A stretch of 64,000 nucleotides of DNA, from the NCBI GenBank assembly GCA_024710525.1, contig JANJUP010000022.1, forward strand, positions 192,001 through 256,000, read 5' to 3'. Position 1 is the stretch's first letter, and the number at the start of each line of letters is the position of its first letter. Below, one piece after another: positions 56,977 to 64,000 of the stretch. Origin of the DNA: Candidatus Rifleibacteriota bacterium (GTDB lineage Bacteria > Muiribacteriota > Ozemobacteria > Ozemobacterales > Ozemobacteraceae). Below the pieces are notes generated by a model. The model was given only the letters and a program-made list of their open reading frames with translations. It was not told the origin of the DNA and made no database searches. Both the position numbers and the translations under genes were made by a program.

Positions 56977-59334
56977 TCAGGAAGCGTTGTCGGTAGAGGG
57001 TTGATCGGCTTCTGGCTTTTTGTCGTCGGCAAAGTCAGATGAGAGAAAGCGGTGCAGCAGGCAGACCTGTGCCGGCAAGATCGTCAGTTCACAGAACAGG
57101 GCGACGATTATCGTCATTGACAGCAGCAGACCGAAATAGATAACCGATTTGATACTGGCAAAAACCATGAAGAGAAAGCCGATCGAATAAATCAGTGAGG
57201 TTGCCACGATTGCCGGGCCGGCTTCGCGGATCCCGTCGACCACGGCTGCAACCGGCGCAAACTTCGATCTTGAAGGATCGTAGAACAGGTAGAGGGCGTG
57301 AATGGTATCGTCAACGACGATACCCATGGCGATTGCCGCAATGGTAACCGTGGCGATATCGAGTTTTATGCCAAACCAGCCCATAAAACCAAGTGTGAAC
57401 AGAATCGGAAAGATATTCGGGAGAATAACCAGTATCATTGCTTTCAGGCGCCGGAAAAGGATAAATATGGCTCCGAAAACGAAGACGAAGGCCGAGGCGA
57501 AGCTGTTGATCTGGCTCCAGGTGACATAGCTGATGATGCGGGCATACAGAGGCACGTAGCCGCCAAATTTCCAGGTGGTGCCGCTGCCGCCGAAATTTTT
57601 CTCTAGGATTGCCTGAGTTTTCTGTTCAAATTCATAAAGCCCGGCGGCGCTGATCATCGGAACTCTTATCGTCAGACGGGTTTCGCTGTAATCAGGGTTG
57701 TCGGTCATATATTCGAGATCGTTATCCGGGTCTGATTCATAGAGCAGCAGCAGCTGGCTGACCGCTTCATCGCTGGCCGGAACCACATAGGTTTCAGAGG
57801 TTGGCCCATCGCTCATGACTTCATTCATTTTCTTGAGCACATCGAGAATCGAGGCTGGTTTTTCCATGCCCGGAACTGCAAGAAGTTCTTTGATTGTCTG
57901 ATCGAGGCGGCGCAGAAATTCAACTTTCTTGATACCTTCTTTCTGGCCGGTTATCAGACGTACTTCCAGCGGCAGATAATTGCCGTAGTTTGCTTCGACC
58001 GCGTCGCTGTCCACTCTTATCGGGTTGCTTTCATGCAGAAAGCCCATCGAGTAGGTGTCGACCTGCAGTTTTGATATGCCATAAATTGACATGACCGAAA
58101 GAACAGCCACAATTACCAGAATGTGTACGTAATAGTTTGGCATGCGCTGCATCCACCAGTTGACCGGGGTTTCGAAAGGTCTTCTGATCTGAACTTCTTC
58201 TTTGAGATCTATCTGACCGAGAACGAAGGCTGCGACAATCATCGAAACGACGTATTCGGCCATGCAGGCAAAGGCCGCGAAAGCACCAAACACGCGTAAT
58301 ACATCGAGCGGGCTGGTTACGAGGGCGAGAAAACCGGCAAAATTGGTGAGAGAAGTAAAAAGACAGGGTGAAAGAACTTCGTAAAAAATGTGTTCGAGGC
58401 CCTCTTCGCGGTTCTTTTTGACCAGCGCAGAATTGAAACAGTAGTTATTGTAGGCATAGGCCACATCTGAAACTGAAAGAATCATCATCAGGGTTGGCAG
58501 AACAATGGTGACCATGTTGAAGTTCTGCCCGAACAGGCCATAAAAACCGAGAAAGCCGAGGCCGCTGAAGAACATGGCGCCAAGCGCCATGAACAGAAAA
58601 ACCCATGAACGGTAGAGAATGAAGATCAGCGAAGCGATGGCCACATAGGCGACTGCGTTGAATACCGCCCCATCCTGAATGCTGAGGCGGTTGAGCTCGT
58701 TATACATGACACCCATGCCGGCCAGCTTGAAGTTGAAGCCGTTGAGCTTCTGTCGCATTGCATCGATGATTTCCGGACGGCGGCTGTCCATGTCGGGCGT
58801 TGCAACGGGTTCGGCGATAATGATCGCCCAGGTGGAACTGGCATTCTGCAGTATTCTTTGTTTGAACGGGTCATCCATGAATCGCTGCTGGATTTTTTCG
58901 GCCTCTTCAATTGTGTTAACCGGGCCGCTCATCAGATCTTCTATGATCAATTCTTCGCCACTCAGGCCTATGAACGGCGAAAGACCAACACTGAGAACCC
59001 GTTTGAAATTATGAGTGTCGTCTTCTATCTCTTTTGAGGCTTTGTAGATGGCCGAAAGCATGGCCGGCGAAAACATGCCGTCGCGGCTGCAGTCGACCAT
59101 TGCCAGAATTACTTCGTCGTTGCCGTAGCGCTTTTTGAATTCATTGTAGGCTTCAAGCGCCGGGTCACCTTCGAGAAACCAGAGTTCGAGACTGTTATCG
59201 ATGCTGATGTTGCGTGAAAAATAGAGTCCGCCGACCGAAACAATCACCAGCAGCGTGAAAAGCAGGCGCCGCCATCTGATGATGAAGCCGGCTCCCCACT
59301 TGAAATAAGCATCTGCGAACTTGGTATTCGACAT
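56977..59334 (-). CDS. MMPL/RND-superfamily exporter (two 6-TM bundles with periplasmic loops)
   Basis: 785 aa with duplicated MMPL-type TM blocks, resembling the HpnN/MmpL-like lipid exporters. Confidence 0.8.
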   Translation of the reverse strand: MSNTKFADAYFKWGAGFIIRWRRLLFTLLVIVSVGGLYFSRNISIDNSLELWFLEGDPALEAYNEFKKRYGNDEVILAMVDCSRDGMFSPAMLSAIYKASKEIEDDTHNFKRVLSVGLSPFIGLSGEELIIEDLMSGPVNTIEEAEKIQQRFMDDPFKQRILQNASSTWAIIIAEPVATPDMDSRRPEIIDAMRQKLNGFNFKLAGMGVMYNELNRLSIQDGAVFNAVAYVAIASLIFILYRSWVFLFMALGAMFFSGLGFLGFYGLFGQNFNMVTIVLPTLMMILSVSDVAYAYNNYCFNSALVKKNREEGLEHIFYEVLSPCLFTSLTNFAGFLALVTSPLDVLRVFGAFAAFACMAEYVVSMIVAAFVLGQIDLKEEVQIRRPFETPVNWWMQRMPNYYVHILVIVAVLSVMSIYGISKLQVDTYSMGFLHESNPIRVDSDAVEANYGNYLPLEVRLITGQKEGIKKVEFLRRLDQTIKELLAVPGMEKPASILDVLKKMNEVMSDGPTSETYVVPASDEAVSQLLLLYESDPDNDLEYMTDNPDYSETRLTIRVPMISAAGLYEFEQKTQAILEKNFGGSGTTWKFGGYVPLYARIISYVTWSQINSFASAFVFVFGAIFILFRRLKAMILVILPNIFPILFTLGFMGWFGIKLDIATVTIAAIAMGIVVDDTIHALYLFYDPSRSKFAPVAAVVDGIREAGPAIVATSLIYSIGFLFMVFASIKSVIYFGLLLSMTIIVALFCELTILPAQVCLLHRFLSSDFADDKKPEADQPSTDNAS

Positions 59335-59370
59335 CTCTGATTCCTTTACTTCTGGAAATTCTGTCTGCAG

Positions 59371-59404
59371 TTACTGATATTTCAGCACCAACACCCGGTG
59401 TTGG
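59371..59404. repeat. Perfect 14-bp inverted repeat (hairpin) in the MMPL-esterase intergenic region
   Basis: ttcagcaccaaca-cccgg-tgttggtgctgaa. There is no clear U-tract. It could be a terminator, attenuator, RNA-processing site or protein-binding site. Confidence 0.5.
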
Positions 59405-59413
59405 TGCTGAAAG

Positions 59414-60220
59414 TCAGATTGAATGAAAGTTGTGCAGAAAATTCCGGCTCTGTTCCTGAGTCATGCGGTGCTTCGAGGTCAGAAAGCCTGCCCGGTCAAA
59501 TTTGCCGAGAAAGTAGATGATCATCTTTTTCCACCAGGGCCAGTCGTGGTTGACATCATAGCCCCACAGGTCGAGCAACACCGGAACACCGGCGGCGCTG
59601 AGATTGTCGCACATGTGAATCGCTTCGCCGGTCCACTCTTCCCAGGCGCCCTGACCGCTGCAGACGATCAGAAGGTTATTTTTCAGCTTTTCGACAATGT
59701 CTTTGCCCTTGATATCGCCGCTGTAACGCATCGGGTTGTGCAGATGCATTTCGTTGCTGTAAAAGCCCTGCATCGCGAATTCGATGTTGTAACAGCCGCT
59801 GAGAGCGATTCCTGAGTCAAAAGCCTCTGGCTGGCGCAGTGCGAAATTGGCTGTATGAAAGGCGCCGAAGCTGCAGCCGTGGGCGATAACCCCGGCCCCT
59901 TCATGCCCGTCGTTCATGATGTGTGGGATGACATCTTCTCTGACTGCACGGTCGTAGTCGTTGGCGCGCTTGACCCGCTCAACCGGGTTGGTGCGGGCAA
60001 ACCAGCTTTCGTGGTCGATGCTGTCGATGCAGTAGACATGGATCTTACCGCTTTGAATGAATGGTGCCAGGGTATCGATCATGCCGAAGTTTTCGTAATC
60101 GAAGAAGCGGCCTTCCTGTGAAGGAAAAACCACCATCGGCTTGCCGGAAGTGCCGTAAACCAGCATTTCCATCTGTCTGCCCAGGGCGTTGCTGTGGATA
60201 GTGCGGTATTCCCTGTTCAT
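59414..60220 (-). CDS. Esterase-family alpha/beta hydrolase (putative esterase PF00756-like: esterase D / enterochelin esterase / mycolyltransferase superfamily)
   Basis: 268 aa. It has a GxSxG-type nucleophile region (IAHGCSFGAF). GGGAGG RBS. The start overlaps the ATP-grasp stop (ATGA). Confidence 0.75.
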   Translation of the reverse strand: MNREYRTIHSNALGRQMEMLVYGTSGKPMVVFPSQEGRFFDYENFGMIDTLAPFIQSGKIHVYCIDSIDHESWFARTNPVERVKRANDYDRAVREDVIPHIMNDGHEGAGVIAHGCSFGAFHTANFALRQPEAFDSGIALSGCYNIEFAMQGFYSNEMHLHNPMRYSGDIKGKDIVEKLKNNLLIVCSGQGAWEEWTGEAIHMCDNLSAAGVPVLLDLWGYDVNHDWPWWKKMIIYFLGKFDRAGFLTSKHRMTQEQSRNFLHNFHSI

Positions 60221-61377
60221 CAGGCCTCCCAGGTAATGTCACGAATGACATTCTTGAGCTCGTCGAGATTGGCTGAGCGGGCCAGATAGCCCCAGTGACC
60301 CATGACTTCGTATTCGATCGGGTTCATTGGCTGGCTGTGAACGATGCGGTCGCCCCATTTGGCGTAGAGCTGATCGTGGGAATATTTATAAGGGCGGTTA
60401 TGCTTGCGGCTGATGAAGGCACAGTGATAGCGGCGGGTAAACGGTCGCTTTGGTTCGTGCCCGGCCATGATCGATGCCCACCAGTCGTAGACGTCGATAT
60501 CGCAGGCAAAATTGAACATGTGGGTGGTCAGGCCTCCGGGGGGGCGCATATTGATTTCGAGAGCCTGGAATTTGCCATTTTTCAGCTTGAAAAATTCGAT
60601 ATGGAAAAACTTCTCACGCACGTTGGCGGCTTTGACAATGGCTCTGCCGTATTTTTCGAGTTCGGCCGGTATATCGATAAGGGAGTAATACCAGACGTTT
60701 TCGTTGTTTTTCACGACCTTGTGAATGTCGTTACTGAAATAATGCGATGTACAGAAAACAATATTGCCGTCTTTGTCGGTGAGGCCGTCGAATGACTGCA
60801 GTTCGCCATCGACGAATTCTTCCATGAAATAGTCGTAATCCTGTTTGATTGAGAAGAAATGTTTGAGGTCTTCTTCGGTGCGGATTGTATAGGTATCAGC
60901 AGCGCCAACCCCGATGTCGGGCTTGATGAAAACCGGGTAATGGCCATTGATGAATTCCTGACACTGCTTGATGTCTTTGATGACAATACCTCTGGCTGCT
61001 GGAACCTGGGCTTGTTTAAAGATGTCTTTCATCATCGACTTGCGTTTGATGAACTGCAGATTGTTTGATTTGGGGCCGGTGACGTTGTAGGCATCGCGAA
61101 CCAGTGCTTCAAGTTCTATCCAGGGTTCGAGATGTGATTCAACCCGGTCGATTTCGCCAAGGTGTTCTTTGAAAAATCCGGCCGCATCGACGACCTGTTG
61201 ATTGTTCTCAAGTCGTTCGACCCGGTAATGTCCGCTGAGAGACTGTCTGACTCTCGGATCAAGGGCTTCGTCAGGCAGATCAGAGATGCCAAAGACTCTG
61301 ACACCATATTTAGCGAGAGATTCAACGAACTGAGAGTAGTGTGAGGGGTAATGTGGCGAAATATAGACGAGATTCAT
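60220..61377 (-). CDS. ATP-grasp domain protein (probable carboxylate-amine ligase)
   Basis: ATP-grasp signatures YPVFIKPDIGVGAADT and ALEINMRPPGG are present. I prefer the ATG at 61377 (GGAGA 7 nt upstream); the track's ATG at 61410 adds 11 aa. Confidence 0.7.
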   Translation of the reverse strand: MNLVYISPHYPSHYSQFVESLAKYGVRVFGISDLPDEALDPRVRQSLSGHYRVERLENNQQVVDAAGFFKEHLGEIDRVESHLEPWIELEALVRDAYNVTGPKSNNLQFIKRKSMMKDIFKQAQVPAARGIVIKDIKQCQEFINGHYPVFIKPDIGVGAADTYTIRTEEDLKHFFSIKQDYDYFMEEFVDGELQSFDGLTDKDGNIVFCTSHYFSNDIHKVVKNNENVWYYSLIDIPAELEKYGRAIVKAANVREKFFHIEFFKLKNGKFQALEINMRPPGGLTTHMFNFACDIDVYDWWASIMAGHEPKRPFTRRYHCAFISRKHNRPYKYSHDQLYAKWGDRIVHSQPMNPIEYEVMGHWGYLARSANLDELKNVIRDITWEA

Positions 61378-61543
61378 CGTTTTTTCTCCGGGCAATGATT
61401 TTACAGACATTTATACACTAAAACACCCATAATCAGGAAGTGCCTTGAAGAGAAAAACAAAAAGGCAGTTACCGTTTTATAGAAAATCCGTTATAATGGT
61501 CAAAAATGTACGCTCTTTAGCCCTCGAGTAAGGAGAATTGATT

Positions 61544-64000
61544 ATGAGTAAGAGAATACTGGCCGCGTTACTGGTTGTTATACACCTTTTGACGCTTGGC
61601 CCAAGTTGGGGTGCCGCTGCAACTGCGACTGCGACGAAGCAGAAAAAGAAGCCGACCACCGCAGCCACGGCCACCAAAAAGAAGACCACGGCAAAGCCTG
61701 CAACCAAACCGGCAGAGAAAAAAGAAACTACTGCTGCCAAAAAGCCGGCCTCGACCAAAAAACCTGCTACAACAGCAAAGAAACCTGCCAGCACCAAACA
61801 GACTTCAGCTGCGACAGCGCCAAAAACGACTTCAAAGGCCCTGACTGCTAATCAGCAGCAGGTCCTTGAACATCTGCAGATGCTCCAGGAAGTCTGGCAG
61901 CGCAAGATAACCCTTGAATTTCTTGCCGACAAGCGCTCTGATAAGCTGCTTGCCGAAATTCTCGCCGATTTCCCGAAAAAGCTGCAGAGCAACTTCGTCT
62001 CTAATATCCGTGGCGATTACCAGGCCGAATTTATGGCCAACTATGCCGCCAAATCAGACGAAGAGACCAGTCGCGCCTATGACATGTTCAAAGATCAGCC
62101 AGCTCTCGACCCGGTTCTGGGTGCAGTAATCAAGCAGTCTGCTTCGCCCCTCGAACTTGCTTATTTCGATCTGGTCAAAAAAGTGACCACTCGCCGCAAG
62201 TTTCAGGCAAATAACGACCCCAGCCCCGAAATCAAGAAGCTCGACACTTTCTGGCAGACCGTCTACGGCAAGATGCGCGAAAATGCCAATAAAGACCGCT
62301 ACGATGCAATCGCTGCGCTCTATAAAGATGCTTCTGCCAAAGATTTTCCGATTCACTGGTATGATGATGCCCAGCATGCGGTTGCTTTCGAAACCGAAGG
62401 CCGCAAAACCGGCACACCACACAAAAAAGGCCGCAAAAAATGGACAATTCTCGCCTATATCTGCGCCGACAACGATCTCGAACATTTCGGTCTCGTTGAT
62501 ATCAATGAAATGGAACAGGTCGGCAGCAGCGATAATGTAAATATCGTCGCTCAGATCGACCGCATGGCCGGCGGTAAGGGTGATACCATCGCTGATGGCA
62601 ACTGGGTTGGCACCAGAAGATATTTTGTCGACAAAGACAACGATATGAGCAAGGTCAGCAGCAAGATGGTCATGAATCTTGGCGAACAGTGCATGGGCAA
62701 CAAAGCGACGCTGGCCGATTTCCTTAAATGGGGCGTTAAAACCTATCCGGCCGATAACGTCGTCGTCATCGTCTGGAACCATGGCGCCGGCTGGTCAGGC
62801 ATCGCGCACGATGAAGAGTCAGACCGCATGCTCAGTATGACCGACGTTTCTTATGCGCTGCGAGAAGGCCAGAAAGAACTTTCAAAGGTCAACGGCAAAG
62901 AATCGAAGTTTGCCATTGTCGACTTTGATGCCTGTCTGATGGGCACTATCGAAGTTGCCTACGAAATCTCTGATACTGCCCAGTATATGGTTGCATCTGA
63001 AGAGAACGAGCCCGGCAACGGCATGCCCTACGCCGATTATCTCGCTCCTCTAGTGAAGAACCCAGATCTGAGCCCCGCCGAAATGACCAAACGCATGGTC
63101 GGCACCTATGTCTATTCTTATGCCAAGGGCGGTTCGGCTTCTAACTCATTTGTTAAAGGCTCGCCGGTAACCAAGGCCGCAACCGACCTCAGCAAAATCG
63201 GCTCACTGGTTAAAAAGTTCGACAAACTTGGTCAGGCACTGCTGGCCAATCACGAGGCCTATTCTGACCTGCTGGTCGCCGAAGGCGGTCGTTTCGCCTC
63301 TATCAAACGCTATTCTGATGAAACGCTCGTCGACCTGATCGACTTTACCCACAAGCTTGCCCAGATGCCCGAAGCACCCTCTGACATCAGAGAACTCTGC
63401 ATCGATATCATCAAGTCTTACGGTTACCCGGTCGAAAACGATCGTCTGGCCAAGCCGGTTCTCATAACCAGCACCAAGCCCGGCGTCGTCATCTGGGGCT
63501 ACAATGGCTGGCGCATGCCTCCCAAAGAACTGTGGCCTTCAGGCACCCGGGTTTTCCAGTCACGACTGGCTCTGACGCCGCTGCGCGAAATGCAGGGTGG
63601 TGGTTATTCCTGCCAGATCGGGCCTTTTGAGCCGGTTGTTGATGAAGCCCTCGAAAAGAAGGTCTTTGTTGAAGAAATCAACTACCAGGTAGTTGAGCAG
63701 AACGGTAAAGCTCAGGACAAACGCCGCATCAAGCAGGGCAAAGAATATCTGATCGTTTCGAAGTTCCCCGAAACCTCACCGATGGTAATCGAAGGCCACA
63801 CCCAGGGTATGGGCGACAGCCACGGCCTCTCGATCTATTTCCCGCCTTCCTATAATTTCCGCAATAACTACAAGGCTCTGAAGTTTGCCAAAGATACAAG
63901 CTGGGATGAATTCCTCGAAAAAACGCCGGTGTTCAAACGCAAAGCCGACGTGTTGCTGTGCGGTCAGATGGTCCAGGATCCGATGACTTTACCTCTGGTG
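61544..64000 (+). CDS. Secreted clostripain-like cysteine peptidase (family C11) with an N-terminal Lys/Thr/Ala/Pro-rich linker. The first 819 aa lie in the window and the gene continues past the window end.
   Basis: ATG at 61544 with AGGAGA 7 nt upstream. The frame is open to the window end, so it is absent from the ORF track. There is a signal peptide (LAALLVVIHLLTLGPSWGAAA). About 80 aa of KKKPTTAATATKKKTTAKPATKPAEKK low-complexity sequence follows. The C11 catalytic dyad context is present (VVVIVWNHGAGWSG and VDFDACLMG). Confidence 0.75.
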   Translation, partial: MSKRILAALLVVIHLLTLGPSWGAAATATATKQKKKPTTAATATKKKTTAKPATKPAEKKETTAAKKPASTKKPATTAKKPASTKQTSAATAPKTTSKALTANQQQVLEHLQMLQEVWQRKITLEFLADKRSDKLLAEILADFPKKLQSNFVSNIRGDYQAEFMANYAAKSDEETSRAYDMFKDQPALDPVLGAVIKQSASPLELAYFDLVKKVTTRRKFQANNDPSPEIKKLDTFWQTVYGKMRENANKDRYDAIAALYKDASAKDFPIHWYDDAQHAVAFETEGRKTGTPHKKGRKKWTILAYICADNDLEHFGLVDINEMEQVGSSDNVNIVAQIDRMAGGKGDTIADGNWVGTRRYFVDKDNDMSKVSSKMVMNLGEQCMGNKATLADFLKWGVKTYPADNVVVIVWNHGAGWSGIAHDEESDRMLSMTDVSYALREGQKELSKVNGKESKFAIVDFDACLMGTIEVAYEISDTAQYMVASEENEPGNGMPYADYLAPLVKNPDLSPAEMTKRMVGTYVYSYAKGGSASNSFVKGSPVTKAATDLSKIGSLVKKFDKLGQALLANHEAYSDLLVAEGGRFASIKRYSDETLVDLIDFTHKLAQMPEAPSDIRELCIDIIKSYGYPVENDRLAKPVLITSTKPGVVIWGYNGWRMPPKELWPSGTRVFQSRLALTPLREMQGGGYSCQIGPFEPVVDEALEKKVFVEEINYQVVEQNGKAQDKRRIKQGKEYLIVSKFPETSPMVIEGHTQGMGDSHGLSIYFPPSYNFRNNYKALKFAKDTSWDEFLEKTPVFKRKADVLLCGQMVQDPMTLPLV

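Noticed and set aside
61477-61851. ORFs on both strands (106, 82 and 81 aa) over the start of the C11 gene
   Set aside because: They are alternative frames of the GC-rich, KPAT-encoding low-complexity region of the real plus-strand gene.
1-64000. Mobile elements, prophage genes, tRNA or rRNA
   Set aside because: No integrase, transposase or phage structural signatures were found, and no tRNA-like cloverleaf stretches were recognised on inspection. GC content and coding density look uniform across the window.

Overview
This is a 64 kb bacterial chromosomal window, probably Gram-negative (FadL-type outer-membrane barrel, cmoAB) and anaerobic (lysine fermentation genes). It is densely coding and mostly on the minus strand, with Shine-Dalgarno-supported starts. 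I saw no rRNA, tRNA, CRISPR array, transposase or integrase.

Main blocks:
- 1-11.9 kb: a minus-strand surface-protein module. It holds a partial exported protein, an EamA transporter, a secreted HExxH metalloprotease with a DUF4124-like tail, a giant 2287-aa repetitive secreted protein and a small membrane protein.
- 12-14 kb: a PhaR-like regulator and a lipase-like alpha/beta hydrolase.
- 14.2-21.6 kb: a six-gene complex-I / group-4 hydrogenase-like operon (NuoL/H/K/M-like membrane subunits, a NuoCD-like large subunit and a ferredoxin-NuoB small subunit). The large subunit lacks both Cys pairs that bind the NiFe centre, so it reads as an Ehr-type (energy-converting hydrogenase related) complex, not a true hydrogenase.
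- 21.7-27.7 kb: an MscK-like mechanosensitive channel, a purine permease, a SAM methyltransferase and a FadL-family outer-membrane transporter.
- 27.8-40.6 kb: a near-complete lysine fermentation cluster (kamA, kamDE, kdd, kce, CoA transferase A/B). It carries a class-III aminotransferase in place of the ammonia lyase, two P-loop ATPases, and a divergent dCache-PP2C sensor phosphatase inserted in the middle.
- 40.8-46.9 kb: an acidic (SGD)n repeat secreted protein, cmoA-cmoB, an EEP-family hydrolase, a Qng1-like queuosine salvage protein and a TIGR01212 radical SAM protein.
- 47-52.3 kb: a Na/Pi cotransporter and a large hybrid histidine kinase.
- 52.3-61.4 kb: a minus-strand array of a small membrane protein, SpeH, a membrane-anchored spermidine synthase, DUF350, a small membrane ORF, two tandem zinc-ribbon/DUF4178 proteins, an MMPL exporter, an esterase and an ATP-grasp ligase. 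This is the best candidate in the window for an undescribed membrane-associated polyamine(-conjugate) system.
- 61.5-64 kb: the 5' part of a secreted clostripain-like (C11) peptidase with a Lys/Thr/Ala/Pro-rich N-terminal linker.

The ORF track also calls TTG and GTG starts. For several genes I prefer an internal ATG with a better ribosome-binding site; those choices are noted per feature. Coordinates of non-ORF features are approximate to within a few nt.
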